Assembly: GCA_964035575.1 (NCBI GenBank) | Contig: OZ037834.1 | Location: forward strand, 1,364,001-1,428,000 | Source: Rhynchopus sp. YZ270_cl-10 | Lineage: Eukaryota | Direction of reading: 5' to 3' | DNA: 64,000 nt | Shown here: piece after piece, positions 22,743-36,112 of the stretch | Layout of the letters: every line of letters starts with the position of its first letter | How positions within the stretch are numbered: the stretch's first letter is position 1 | Made by a program: the position numbers and the translations under genes | The notes under the pieces: model-generated | Seen by the model: only the letters and a program-made list of their open reading frames with translations | Databases searched by the model: none | Told to the model about the DNA's origin: nothing

Positions 22743-25700
22743 CACGGCGGGGTCCACACACCCGAGGGTCCGTAAATTTTACGGACCCTCTTTACGGACC
22801 CTCAAGTGCGGACCCGGGTCCGTAATTACGGACCCTAGGGTCCGTAATTACGTACCCTAGGGTCCGTAATTACGGACCCTAGGGTACGTAATTACGTGGT
22901 CTAAGGTGGGAAATCACTGTTTGGATGTGTGACTGCTGGTCGAAAAGCCCTGGGAGCAAACCGAGTGGTACACAGGTACCACATGATAGACCATGATCAT
23001 GTGGGCCTATCCCAAGTTACATACCGAAAAAAGTCGTGAGCTCGGTTAGTTGTCAAAGACGTCTTCCACCATGCACTGAGGAGATAATGATCCAACAATT
23101 TACAAGAAAGATTACTTAACCTACTGCTGGAAATTGCCAGGTCGTAGTAACACACAAAGTGTGCCTCCGTTCGGGAAGACCGGATATTCTAGAGACCAAA
23201 AAGGCCTCAAGAATATCTTCCGGTAGTCAAGGTATAACCGAGTGAACGGCCCAAGACCCCCGTGGAGAAGTTAAATGTTGTAATGCTATCAAGTAGAAAC
23301 TGCGAACACTGTCTTACCCTCCTCAATACATGGTGGAATATTTCTTTGACAACAAACCGAGCTCAAGAGTTTTTAAACTTCCCTGAGGGAATGCGAGACG
23401 CAAAATTTACCACCAGACCCTGTCTTCGTGCACCTTCGGTGCAACGCTGCAGACAGGCCAAACTGCGTTGGACTCAGAGGAATGCCTGCTGTGCAGTGTA
23501 TCAATGAGAACCAAGTCCCAGCAACAAGGGGCGCCTTTTGGCGGGCGTTGTTGAGGGTGTTTGGGGTGCAAAGTTTTCCACAATTTTGATGCGCGGGTAC
23601 AGAAGTGTTGTCTTGTTCTTTCATCTTTAGGAATGTAAATGTCAATCGCGTTTAACTACCACTAGGGCTTGTTCAGTGAACCCACAAGGGGTCGAAGGGG
23701 GTTGGTTATCCCATAGCTATCAAAGGTTGTGTCGACCAGGCTAATCCACTATGTTACGCTGTACGTTGTTAAATCCGAAGAAATAACACTTTAGCAGCCG
23801 CAGGAAGTTTGTTAAAAAGAGTGCCTCACGCTACACAAACCACCACCCGCGATTGACTTAGATGTTATAACAAAGAGAATTCAGAACAAAACAACACCCT
23901 GCCCCATACACACTAAATTGTCATGCTTCAAGAGCATGCCTGGGCCAAAATTACTGTTGACCAAAAAGGCAACAAGACCACCCACAAGGAGTGTGAATTG
24001 TGCACTGGTTTTCTGGGGGAACGCAATATTTTCTTGTGTCTAGTCCTCCGCAAGCAGAGGACAGACTTTCCGGAAGGTTTCCAAAGTCGAATTTCTTGCA
24101 CTAGCTATGCTCCCTTGGTTAATGGCTATAGCAGTGACTGACTAAGTGTACCCACCCCCCTCCACCCAGATCTTCGTCCGCAAACTCAGAATAGATTGAT
24201 GCGGGTAGATTTTGAGTTGTTGAATGTCGGACCGCGGTGAAGCTTCTCATCGCAATCGCGGGTGCAGTTCAGACTTCACGATCCTGTATAAGTGTAAATG
24301 TGGGGTGTGATTAAGTTATGGTATACAAACGTAGTAGTCGGGAAAGGTGAGGTTAATAAAAAAGGCTATTTATTGCCGTGAAATAAGATAGATTTTTTCC
24401 ACGCTACAGGTCGAGAGAGTGACCTGCTGCACAAATGGTTCGAGTGAAGCGAGGTGAATTATGTGAAGCAGGTAACGAGCGCCTGTGGAACCAAATAGAA
24501 ACGTAACACTCATCACACGATAAAACCCATGGGAGAGGTTGTGGTGAAACGCACACACCTCGACCTGAGGAGTGGCTCTGCAGCGCGGTTCGTCCCCAGA
24601 ACCGCAAGTGTGTTCAAAATGCTTTGTTTCTATTTCCTCCTTCATGTCATGAGGTGACACAAAATGATTGGTGCGTAAAAAAATAGCTATTTAATAGTGT
24701 GAACATTACGCGTTTATTTCGAGTTGAAAACACGAACAAGTTGAAATATGCGGCATTTTTTTGTTCAATCTTCACTAGTAACTGAAAGTTAAACATAATT
24801 ACATACCTTGTCTTCCCCGTAACCTGCGCCTTCGCTGCTTTTAAGGTGCTTTCTCTGGGTGCCCAGTACCCAGTACCCAGTACCCAGTACCCAGTACCCA
24901 GTACCCAGTACCCAGTACCCAGTACCCAGTACCCAGTACCCAGTACCCAGTACCCAGTACCCAGTACCCAGTACCCAGTACCCAGTACCCAGTACCCAGT
25001 ACCCAGTACCCAGTACCCAGTACCCAGTACCCAGTACCCAGTACCCAGTACCCAGTACCCAGTACCCAGTACCCAGTACCCAGTACCCAGTACCCAGTAC
25101 CCAGTACCCAGTACCCAGTACCCAGTACCCAGTACCCAGTACCCAGTACCCAGTACCCAGTACCCAGTACCCAGTACCCAGTACCCAGTACCCAGTACCC
25201 AGTACCCAGTACCCAGTACCCAGTACCCAGTACCCAGTACCCAGTACCCAGTACCCAGTACCCAGTACCCAGTACCCAGTCACAGGTACACAGATACACA
25301 GGTACACAGGTAAAACCCGTTAAAATTGTGTGTGAAAGTTAAAAATAGCTATATTTGCATTTCATTGAGGACACATAGGCCCACCAAGGGCAATTTTGTG
25401 ATGTCAAAAAAAATTTTTTTTCGGCCCAAAAATTGACTTGTTTTCGGTAAAACCCACTAAAAATTGTGGTACTCTAAACTGCGTTTTAGACCCCCACAGA
25501 TGCTCAAAAGTGCCAAATTTTGCTTTTAATGGCCTCAAATCGTCGAAATTAGCCCTAAACGGGGGCAAAAAAAAATTTTCGAGAGTCCCTTTCCCTGGGA
25601 GGCTCCGTAATTACGTACCCTAGGGTCCGTAATTACGGACCCTAGGGTACGTAATTACGGACCCTAGGGTACGTAATAACGTACCCTAGGGTACGTAATG

Positions 25701-25770
25701 ACACTCCGTAAAGAGGGAGTGTCCTAACATGCCGTTTTACGGACCCTCGGGGTGTGCGGACCCCGCCGTG
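22743..25770. mobile_element. CACGG-terminated TIR element, copy 2
   Basis: TIR CACGGCGGGGTCC / GGACCCCGCCGTG with TA/TA flanks. Subterminal TACGGACCCTAGGGTCCGTAAT arrays (22765-22895, 25605-25750). A ~1.3-kb core (23070-24355) is highly similar to 36376-37740. Confidence 0.88.
24863..25280. repeat. (CCAGTAC)n microsatellite, ~60 units
   Basis: Perfect 7-mer array, directly visible. Confidence 0.97.
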
Positions 25771-26082
25771 TAGAGAAAGCTCGATGGGGACCCCCTCCTC
25801 ACAACAGAGACACCAACAGCACAACCCCACACAAACATAAGGGCCACATCCTGCGCAAAGAATTGCCCTCACTAGGCAACCCCACACACACACACCGCTC
25901 CTGTCGTCATACCGCCATAAACACAGGCTTGGCAATACCTGATAGTAGGCAGGGGGGGCGTAGTTTGTGGCTAAACTTTGCGCGGCCTTGATTTGAGCAC
26001 GAATTGTTCTCTCCTCCTACTGAGCGGCTTTGATTAGCACGAATTACCTTCGGGAAACTGATATATCAACCAACACCGCTCC

Positions 26083-27234
26083 TCAAAACGTACTAAATGC
26101 ATGCCCACCACGCCGTCTGCTCCGCCCCTGAGAGGGTGGCGGTGGGATGCGCACTGCAGCCCCCTCTGCAGCCCCCTCCTCCTTTTTCCCTTCATTTTGA
26201 TTTCCCTCTCCACCCCCATTTTGATAGTCCACGATACGCAGTGCTGCTGGGAGGGCGTCTTGGTGGATGGAGGGGTTGTTCGCCATGGTGTAATACCGTG
26301 AGAGTGCAGGAGAGGTGGGGAGGGCAAGCGCCTCACGGGAGATATCCCATAGACGCTTTGCTTGGTCACGTTGCCCTGCGAGGAAGTGGATGTGCATAAG
26401 AATTTCGATGCGGACTATGTCGGTGTCGTTTTCGTGCATCGCTGCCTCCTCTGCTCGGGTGGTGAGTACAGATACCTCCTTGGGGGAGCTTTGTCCACGA
26501 CGTAAATGCAGGACAAAAGTGTGCAATAAGCAAATGGTAATCTTCGGTGTCGCCAACCCATCCAATTTCAATTGAGACCACACCGTCCACCCTGCCCCCG
26601 GCGCCTCAAAATCACACAACCTCTGCAAAACTGCCACCCAAAAGATGTCATCGGTTCTCAAGCGAAATTCTTTGCTGAAGGTCACACAATACAACACTTC
26701 CGCGCTGTTGTTACACAACTCCAAACACTTTGTCAAAATATCCGCTGGATGTGATTTCACCTCGGACAGCTCCAAATATTTTTTTAACACCTTCTCTGCC
26801 TCCTCTACTCCCTTTCTTCCGTGAAGCAAGGCAACAATCGTTGTATCTGCGACAGAAATTTTATCTCTCTGCATTGCCCCAAGAAGGCTTTCCGCAAAGC
26901 TATGCCCTCCGCAGGAACCATGGTGTTTGATAAGCAGCTCATATGTAACACGGTTCGGATTTATATCGGATCGGCGCATTTCTGAAAAGAATTGACCCGA
27001 GATATGCGCAGCCTCTGTCGGAGTAGACGCCCCCTCCGCAAGAAGCCACTTCAACCCAGCGTTTAAAAGCAATACCGCCTGGTGTGGGGTGCCCATGGGG
27101 TTTGTCTTGGCACCCTTTATCTTACCAACTGCATCTAAAAGACATCCATCTAGCCGAGGTGGTACTACTGTCACTCCTAATACCTTCACTGCACCATTCA
27201 CAATACGGCTTCTCAGAGCGCTTAAGGGTGACAT
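26083..27234 (-). CDS. PPR-like protein, probably mitochondrial, 383 aa
   Basis: FFSEMRRSDINPNRVTYELLIKHHGSCGGHSFAESLLGAMQRDKISVADTTIVALL is a PPR-type repeat. N-terminus MSPLSALRSRI is presequence-like. Confidence 0.78.
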   Translation of the reverse strand: MSPLSALRSRIVNGAVKVLGVTVVPPRLDGCLLDAVGKIKGAKTNPMGTPHQAVLLLNAGLKWLLAEGASTPTEAAHISGQFFSEMRRSDINPNRVTYELLIKHHGSCGGHSFAESLLGAMQRDKISVADTTIVALLHGRKGVEEAEKVLKKYLELSEVKSHPADILTKCLELCNNSAEVLYCVTFSKEFRLRTDDIFWVAVLQRLCDFEAPGAGWTVWSQLKLDGLATPKITICLLHTFVLHLRRGQSSPKEVSVLTTRAEEAAMHENDTDIVRIEILMHIHFLAGQRDQAKRLWDISREALALPTSPALSRYYTMANNPSIHQDALPAALRIVDYQNGGGEGNQNEGKKEEGAAEGAAVRIPPPPSQGRSRRRGGHAFSTF

Positions 27235-27625
27235 ATATCCCCCTTTTTTTGTATATTCACAAAACGTCTAAAAAGACTGTGTAAAATCTCAAGGGTAAGC
27301 TGACTCTAATAAAATACCAGGGTTTTTTTTAAACCCTCTGTACATTTGTTAAAATGTGTGTATGGAGATGGGGTAATTCTGTGGTGGGTTGCAGAAGGAG
27401 AGAGAGAGGGAGAGGTGCCCCTTTAGTCAGTGTATAATATTATTGGCAAATCGTATAGCCGCACGTTGCTTCTTTTGCTTTTGAGATTCAGTGCTTCCCC
27501 GGCTGTCAGTTTCAGCATGGTGTACGATTTCTCAGAGAAGTGATAATGTTTTGAAGAGAGAGCAAAGTTCCTAAGGGTAAGCTGACTCTAGTAAAACACC
27601 AGGAATTTTTTTTTAATCCCTCTGT

Positions 27626-27749
27626 TGGTGCTCCGGGAGGGGTCGATATTGACAGCTCGCTGACACAGGGACTCTATACACACACCCCCTGATATTGACA
27701 GGTCGTGACACGTTGCTGACAGGTCGTTGACCGACTTCCGAAAGCACCA
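27626..27749. mobile_element. TGGTG..CACCA mini-element, 5-bp TSD TCTGT
   Basis: TCTGT on both flanks. The paralogous uninterrupted site at ~27336 has a single TCTGT. Confidence 0.85.
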
Positions 27750-29137
27750 TCTGTGTATTTGTTAAAAATATATGGAGGGGAGAAGGGAGTGAAGTTGAAA
27801 AAAATGGAGGGAGGGGGGAAATGACCTTTTTATTTTTGGATCTTTTTGCGGTAAAAACCCCAAAAAAAAAAGACGTCGCTGTTGAGCATGTTACAAAAAA
27901 GAAATAGAGGGAAAAAAAAAAACCAGATCACAAAAATAATTAACAGAGTTTGAATCGGATCTCTCCCCCAAGCAAAAAAAAAAGGGGGGATATTATTTTA
28001 TTTTTGCAACGTAGTGAAAAGAAAGAAAAGGATGGGGGGGGTGGAACAGAATAGAAAAAAAAAAGGTGTCGGTGTGGGGTTCTGGTCTAGAAAAACCAGT
28101 ATTTTCAAGAATAAAAAAATACAAAAAAAAAGGGGGCAAAAAAGGAAAGCTTGCAAAACAACTAAATGCACTACATACAGCACTTCTCCATCAAGTCTGC
28201 AAGAAAACCTCCCCACTCACGAGCGAGTGAGGTGGTTTGAATGGGTTTTTATGAATTTTTTTGATATGTTTGCTTTGTGCTCTTGTTTGCTTTTTTTTTT
28301 GTTTTGCTTTGCGAGAAAATAAAACCTTGTGCGGCCAAGGTCCGGAGACCCTCCTCAGTCATCAGAGAGGAAAAGGCTTATGCAAAAGAAAAGAGTGGGG
28401 AAAAGAAAGAAAAAGAGAAGTAGGGTAGAATATGTTGCTTTTTTTGGTGATTTGCCGCTCGCCTCACCTCGGGCGAGAGCGAGAGGGAGGTGGTGGGCGG
28501 CTCTTGAGTGTTCTTACGCCCCCCCAACCTTCACGGCCGCTGTGGATAAAACAGGGTAATGTCCACCTCTTCAATTAGTCTAAGACTATTCTAGACAAGA
28601 AAAAGAAAAAAACGCTAGAAAAAAACACTGCAAGAAGTAGTTGGGGTTGCTACACCCACACCCATGCAGATAGCAGCAATTTAAAAAAAAAAAGGGGGAC
28701 CAATCTGACTTCAGGATATGACAAGTGAATAGAAAACAGAAAAAGAAATTAAGTCTTTTTCCGTTTATCGCTCTGCAAATTTGTTGTGTTTTTTTTCACT
28801 GTATGAGTTGTGTGAGTGGTGGCGAAACAAATACTGGATGAAAAAAAAAAAAAAAAAACAATTTTTGCAGGCACGTACCTTCCATCGATTCTATTTCCTC
28901 TTGGCAATGCTTGGTATATTTAAAAAAGAAGTTGAAAGTGTAAAAATCCTCAAAGAAAAGTCAAGAGTTGAACCAAAATGCTCGCTTATTGGTCACCTTT
29001 AAAAAAAGAAGCTGAAAACATGCAAATGCCTCACAGGGGTTATCGAACTAAAAGAAATTGGTGTCTCAAAGGACATTTTCGTACTGTTTAAACCGTTGTT
29101 CCCAAAATAGAACCTTGACTTCAGGACTTCAGGATAA

Positions 29138-29236
29138 TCCACCTGATTTTTACCCCGCGTATAGGCGCGTAAAGGCGTGCATGGACGGTCCGTATATGCC
29201 TGTACGCGCCTATACGCGGGGTAAAAATCAGGTGGA
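29138..29236. repeat. Near-perfect ~100-bp hairpin element
   Basis: TCCACCTGATTTTTACCCCGCGTATAGGCGCGTA ... TACGCGCCTATACGCGGGGTAAAAATCAGGTGGA. Confidence 0.85.
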
Positions 29237-30677
29237 TGATAAACAAATAAGAAAAAAAATGGAAAAAGGGGGTTTCCGTTTGTCGCTACGCAAGCTGTTG
29301 TGTTGTTGTTTTTTTTTCTCCCACTGAAACATGGTGGTTGGTTGTAAAGTGTGACAAAAGGTTTGTTTAAACAAAGCTAGCGGGCACGCACCGTCAGTCG
29401 TTTCTATTTTCCTATTGCTAAGAAGTTGGCGCAAAAAATTAATGCACAAGCTGCAAAATGGAATTCCCCCCTCCCCCCAACACGAACTGTGATAAAAAAC
29501 CAGCTGCGTTACAAAAAAAAGTTGACTTGAAATACAAAGCCCTCTCGTGAACAGTGTACCTTGGGGGGGGTGGACACCCCCCAACCATGCAGTCCTACAT
29601 CCATTTTCGTGGTTTACATCTGAAAAATCTGAAAAAAAACACTCACCAATTTGTTCTAGAGGTTAAGTGGCGGCTATAGTGTCTGGTTTTTTTTGTTTAT
29701 TCTCTTTGCAAACTTGGTGTTAGTGGTTGACACCTGAGGATGAACTCCGCTATCGATATCAAGATAAAGAGTAAACAATCTTTCGTGAAAGAAGAAGGGG
29801 GGGGGGTTTTTTTTTTGACGGGGGGGGGGGGGGGGTCATTGGCGCATTTGCTGGCAGGCTGGGTCTTGAGGGGAGAGGTGTGTGTGTGTGTCGAACCTTG
29901 GCAGTCCAGCCACACAACGGGAGGGGTGGTGCTCAAATGAGGGAGGGAAAGATTGAGGTGTTGAGAGGTGTCGGTTGGGATGATGGAAGAGAGACGGTCT
30001 TTTTGATTTGGCATAGTAGCCTGGAGGGAAAAGAGCTGCTGGTCCCTCTCAAAGGATACAGCATGCTCGGCTACCGTGGACTGCAGGGTGCCCACTGTGT
30101 CCACCGGGCAAGACGGGTTTTTGATGTCATTACTATAATGGTGGGATTTTTTTTGTCAAATAAAAACTGCAACAAAATAGAAAAAAGTTTAGTCAGATGG
30201 AGCCAAGCCTCTCATGCTTGAACGCCTTTTATCAAAGTGTTATTCATGCAGGCACCTCCCCCGCTGACCCACGATGCCAGCTGGATGAAAGGCACAATCT
30301 CATATCAACAAACATTCATTTTTTATGTCTATCACTCAAGTGATTGACGTAAATGCTTCAAAAAAAAAAAAAATTGCTCAAAATGTATGGTATGGTGAGG
30401 GAGACGGAATCGCACAAAAAAAACTACCTGAATTCTTCTTGAAATTTGGTGGAATTTTAGTGGAGTTTGGCGGTTAAAAGTGGTTTTTAAGACCACGAAG
30501 CACTACCAAAACCCCGCCAAAATTCAGGTAAAATCAGGTGGAAAAAAAGGCAAAAAAAATTCGCACGAATTCGCACTTTAAAAAATGGGCAACTCTGTCC
30601 AGTGTAACTGTCAAAAGGCAATACGTTGGTTTCACTGTCTCCCCATCTGTTTTTGTTGTGCCGACAATCACCTAAAA

Positions 30678-30846
30678 TGGTGCTATCGGGGGGGCGGCGT
30701 ATTTACAAAGTTTCGCAAAATTTCAATCAAATTCACAACTTTTCACAACGGTGTGGGTACATAGTTGTGAAAAGTTGTGCATAGGATTGAAATTTTGTGA
30801 CTTTTTGTGAAACTTTGCAAAACGCCGCCCCCCCCGGATAGCACCA
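30678..30846. mobile_element. TGGTG..CACCA mini-element, 5-bp TSD TAAAA
   Basis: TIR TGGTGCTATCGGGGGGGCGGCG / CGCCGCCCCCCCCGGATAGCACCA, with TAAAA on both sides. Confidence 0.85.
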
Positions 30847-31978
30847 TAAAATACCCACTTTGGTGGGTAACCAGGGTCTGCTGTTGATATCATGCTTGCG
30901 GTACGTGATAACAGACGTACAGACCCTCTACAAGGAAAGAAAAAAAAAAGTTGTCTCGGTTCTCACCTTACCCCCCTTCCCCATAGCCACACACAATGAC
31001 GTTTCTTAGTTGTTGCAGAAGACCTCGGGTTAACGATGTTGTAATATGAACAAAAAAAAAACAAAAATGGCAAAAGCTAGCCGGTACCTTTTCATCGTTT
31101 CTATTTTCCTATTGTCAAGAACTTTTTGTTATAGCAAGAAAAGTGAGGTTGGCGGTACAAAAAAAAAGGGGGGGAGGGGAGTGAAGTGGATAAACGCAGA
31201 ACGACTCTGGGGGGGGCGCAGGCATCAGACGCTATGTGAGGTTATTGAACCCAAACAAAAGGGGGAAGAGAAAAAAAGAAAAAGAGAAATTGAAAGTGCA
31301 AACGCCTCACCGTTCATCGGCGGACGCAGGCGGTGGTTCTCCGCGGGTTATCGAACCCCAGAGAGCACGAAAGAAACGTTTGCCATAAACCCAAGCTCTC
31401 TCTGTTCCTCTCTGTTCCTTAGTAGCACTTTGAGAACAAAACGTAAGAAGCGAAGAAGCGCAAGAAGTCGCAAATCTTAAGAAAAAAAAATATACCCCCC
31501 CCCCCCGCCCCACCATTTGATGTGCAATCACTGCACTGAAGCTCTTTATGCGGTCTTTACATTGAAGCACCCCAGGGTAACTTCCCACAGACACCCATTG
31601 CCTGAGGCGGAGAACGGAAAGTTGACTTGACATACAACAGCCCGCTCGTGAACGGTGTACCTTGGCTACCGGGGGGTGGACCCAACCATGCAGTCCTACA
31701 TCCGAGGAAAGAGAAACGTCGTGAAAAAGATGAAACCCAAGCCCTCTGTGCTTACCCATCTTGAACGGTTGAAGAATGAAACGATTGCTTTTAACTATAG
31801 ACAGAAAGTGAATAACGTTCACTTAACCAACGCTGATGATACATAACGCCAAGCCTGTTACGTGAAGGTAGCCGGCGAGCAAACATTTTTGTTTGATTTT
31901 TAAACTACTATTACAGAATAGCAGCCACATTTTTTTCCTTCACAGGCGAGAATATAAAAGAGAAAAATTGAAATGTTT

Positions 31979-33141
31979 GGGAAGGCTCGTTTTTCCTTTT
32001 AATGTTACAAAGTAACAATAAACCATTTTTCCCGGTGACCCCCCCCTCTAGGGGGTCCGACTCCCTAGTAAAATTTTGTCCGGTTTTCATTTTTTTCACC
32101 ATTAGGCCATTTCCCGGGCACCCCCGGGTGAATCCTGCCCCCAAAATAGGGTGTCTGGGCACTGTGGGCCTAAATTCACCCTCTAGGTACCACAAAATAT
32201 AAAAAAAATTGAAAAATATGGTGAAAAATAGGCTATTTTGGCCTTTTGGGCAACATTGCCGATTTTGGCCAAATTTCCAAAAAATCAAAGAAAAGTCCAA
32301 AAAATAGACGAAAAAAGGCGTCTCTGGACACAATTTCGACCCAAAAATGTGTTTTGGGTCAATTGAAAACGGGGTTTCACCCTTTTGACACTTTTTTTGA
32401 CGTTTTTTTGTGTTTTTAGGTGCAAAAACGTCCTTGGAACACCGGGGGTGTTCCAAGGATGTTCCAAGGACAAGAAAAACACAAAAAAAGCGTCGCAAAA
32501 TTGTCAAAAGGGTGAAAAACCGGTTGCAATTGACTAATCCCACTTATTTCCGTCGAAATTGTGTCCAGAGACGACTTTTTTCGTCTATTTTTTGGGGTTT
32601 TTTTGATTTTTTCTTGGAGATACCATTTTTAGTCAAAAACCGGCCATTTTGCCTAAGGCCAAAAAACCGATTTTTCACCATATTTTTCAATTTTTTTTGT
32701 ATTTTGGGGTGAATTTAGGCCCACAGTGCCCAGACACCCTATTTTGGGGGCAGGATTCACCCGGGGGTGCCCGGGAAATGGCCTAATGGTGAAAAAAATG
32801 AAAACCGGACAAAATTTTACTAGGGAGTCGGACCCCCTAACCCCCCCCTCCCCACCCCCTATGTTACACGGAAAAACCGTTTTTCCGAATTTTCATTTAT
32901 TGTAACAACAAGGCGCAGTGGATGTGCACATCCGAAAACACCCGCATTTGCATTTCCGGAATCCGTCCGCACTGTGGTGGGGTCAATCTGCCGAAATGGA
33001 CAAGTTCTTGTGGTTGGAAAAAGCCACTTTTTCCCGCCATTGTTACAAAAAAAAAAAAGTTTTTTCCCCGGATTTCGGTCGGACCCCCTCCCCCCCCTTT
33101 ATTGTTACTTTGTAACATTAAATGGAAAAACGAGCCTTCCC
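31979..33141. mobile_element. GGG-terminated TIR element (Harbinger-like, TTT flanks) containing a ~790-bp foldback (32051-32837)
   Basis: Outer TIR GGGAAGGCTCGTTTTTCC..TAATGTTACAAAGTAACAATAAA. Inner arms 32051-32180 and 32709-32837 are essentially exact inverted repeats, with imperfect symmetry continuing to a centre near 32445. Confidence 0.85.
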
Positions 33142-36112
33142 TTTCGTGAAAAAACTCACATATTTTTTTTCAAATATATTCGTTCAGACGTTGGAACGGG
33201 GGGAGATTCTTCGCATTGTGATATAAAAAAAAACAAGAGGTCTGCACCTCAAAGACACAAGCACAGACACATCAATTTTTAGTTGCTCTCAACGCGCCTC
33301 CACGGGGCGGCCCTAAATACCCTACTACTAGGCGACAAAGCAACGATGCGGCTGCAAAACCAGCTGGTGGAATGTACCCCGTCGTGACGACGTTTGCTTG
33401 GATCACTAAGCCTCTCTGCTTAGTCAACTTGAAAAAGACAAAAAAAAAAAAATAGGGTTCCTACCTCGGTGTGCATCACCCAAGCAAAAAAGGGGGGGAA
33501 AGTTTTGAGAAGATAAAGATGATTGTGCCCTCTGCACATCTGCATAGGGCTGAGGTCGAGCTGATGGAATGATTGAAAAATCGTTGGAAAAGAAAGCAAA
33601 ACACCCTCTGGCACTACCACTCTGATGTACAGTAAAATCAACACAAACAACAGAGGAGGGGTAAAACCCTACCAATGGTTGCATAGCTCCGAGAACACAT
33701 TCGTAAGATTTCTGTTCTCACTGAGCTTGCCTTAGGACACCTGCGTTAAATGCGTAACAGATGTGCCCGCCACCAGCCTAACTCCCCACCTGACTGGTGT
33801 AGTTTGTCGCTGGAATCGGAAAACCTAAAGACAGAGGGGACCAACAAAACGATATTTGTTTGATTTTTTTTGATAAATTTGTTGAGTGTAGTTGCCTCGG
33901 TTTTTTGTGTTGCCCATATTTGTACATATCTTCACTTTTTATCTACCGTATTTTTTGTTGAACACGACGAAAAGGAAAGTTTGCATGAATACGCTTTCTC
34001 GTGCAAGACACAGGGGTTTTTTTTTGTGAGCCTCTTGCACGAGACAGAGATGATGAAAAAGGAAGATGTGCGGTGTTAGTTGCAGTGTCATCCCCCCCTC
34101 TTGTTGAAAACTATGACAACGTGGATCCCCGCGAACGAGTAATACACGTTTCCAAAAAAAAAAAAAGAAGTCGGCTACCCACCACGAGCTCACACCGATT
34201 CAGTGTTTGAGTTTGAGTTTGAGAATAGGTCAAGGAACCGATTTCCCCCAATTTCCTCCAATCATTCACTTTACCTGGCGTAACTCAAAAGGGATTTGCT
34301 GGGTTTTTTTTTTTTGCAGGATTCTCTTTTTTTTTTTTTTCGTTCAAAAAAGAAATGCGTTTCGCGCAAAAAGAAGAGAGAAAAAAAAACGAAAAAAGGG
34401 GAACAGACGTTTTAAAAAAGAAATGGTAGTTGTTTGATACATTCACCCCCCCCCTGACTGACCCACTGTACGCTGCCGGCCATCCGAATGAAAGCACTAC
34501 CCTGCACACAACAGAAGGTGTGAAAAGGAAACCTAATGGCTTGCCCGTAGTGTGAACGGGGTGGTACACAACCGCTTTGTCCGCCGGCGGTCCACCTTCC
34601 GCTGAAGACAAAAAAAAATCGTTAAGAAAAGCTTATAAGACAACCCTCAGCCTCTCTCTCGTACTTTTACCATGCATAAAATTTTGTTAAATTTTATTCG
34701 ACTACTATCACGGCTTTGCCGCTCATTGAAAAAAAAGAAAGAAAACTTGAGATATAAATATGCTTCACATGCACACACATCTTTAAAGGGAACAAAAACA
34801 ATCAAAGTTTATAAGATGAACCTAAGCCTCTCTGCGCATAGTCACCTTGATCACAATCGTTATCGCAAAGCAGCAGCTGACTGTGTCTGGAATTGCACAA
34901 AAAAAGAAAAAAGAAACAGCTTCTCACGAACACATTCTATGACGTTGGAATATGGGTATAGACAGAACAACACACTCTCGTACAGATCCCCCTTGATCCC
35001 GCTTGAGCGGAATTGCGGGCAGAGGGGGTGCGTGGTGGCAGGGAAAAAGAGAGAGAGAGAAAAAAGCTCGTAAGTTGGATGTACCTCTCGTGCACAACAT
35101 CCCCAAGAGAATGGGTTGTGCCGTAGATGTAAAGCAAGACAGCTTGAGAGGCGAATGTGCGTATGCAAAAAAAAAAAAAAAAAAAAAAATCGCAAAAGAG
35201 AGAGAAATTGATTTCATATACTTTCAAATCAAAAAAAAGAAGACAAAGTACAAAAGGATGATCTATGCAGATACCATATTCGAAATTATCGTAAAAAAAA
35301 AAAGGTAGAATTTCCAGAAAAATCCTGAAAAGGTCGGAACATTGTTTACGGTCGATAATTTGTACGAATACGGTCCATCCAAAAGAGGGGGGGGGAGATT
35401 GACTTGAAAAAAGGGGTGGTGAAGTTGACAGTGCCAAACCCCATTTGTGATAGGGCATTGACGCTCCGTGGGGGGTTTTCGAACCTCAAAGCGTTTGAGA
35501 AAAAAAGTTTGTACGAACGTAATACTCGATTTACTCAATCAGCTTTGATAATAATAAAAAAACCAAACAACAAAAAAATCCTGCCGGGGGGGAAAGGGGG
35601 TTTTTAAAAAAAGCGATGTCGACAGTGCACAAAAGCCTAGGTACTGTAATATAGAACATAAAATAAGGCAGCAAAAAAAAAAAAGGTGAAGTTGATAGTG
35701 CAAAACGCCTCTGGTGGACGCAGGGCACTGACACTCCGGGGGTTATCGAACCCCGGAGTGTTGCATTTGGGAGTTGTACACAGGGAAAGTTGAAAAATAC
35801 AAAAAGCCCTCTCGTGACAGTGGAGACCGGTGCACCGGGGGGTGGACCCCCAACCATGCAGTCCTACATCCATTTCTTGGTTTACATCTGACTGATAATG
35901 TATTGTTGCAAATCAGTTGTTATTTTTTTTTTTTTTTTTTTTTTTTTTACTCACGGTGCAGTCTGTCCTGGAAATGTCGGACCCTTTTGTCGGAGTCCGA
36001 GGGGGTCCGACAGTCGGACCCCCTGAGTCCGACAGTCGGACTCAGGGGTCCGACTGTCGGACTCACAGTCGGACCCCTGAGTCCGACTGCCGGACCCTGG
36101 GGTCCGACAGGC

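Noticed and set aside
24789..25323. ORFs of VLGTGYW/PVPSTQY repeats (also 40085-40572, 35774-36425, 2188-2673, 57162-58000)
   Set aside because: Translations of stop-free microsatellites, open in several frames on both strands; not genes.
32834..32860. CCCTAACCC as a telomeric repeat
   Set aside because: A single unit formed at an element junction; no array.
35729..35762. GGTTCGATAACC in module B as a tRNA T-loop or B box
   Set aside because: No cloverleaf or A box could be built around it, so it is not called a tRNA. tRNA-derived SINE ancestry remains untested.
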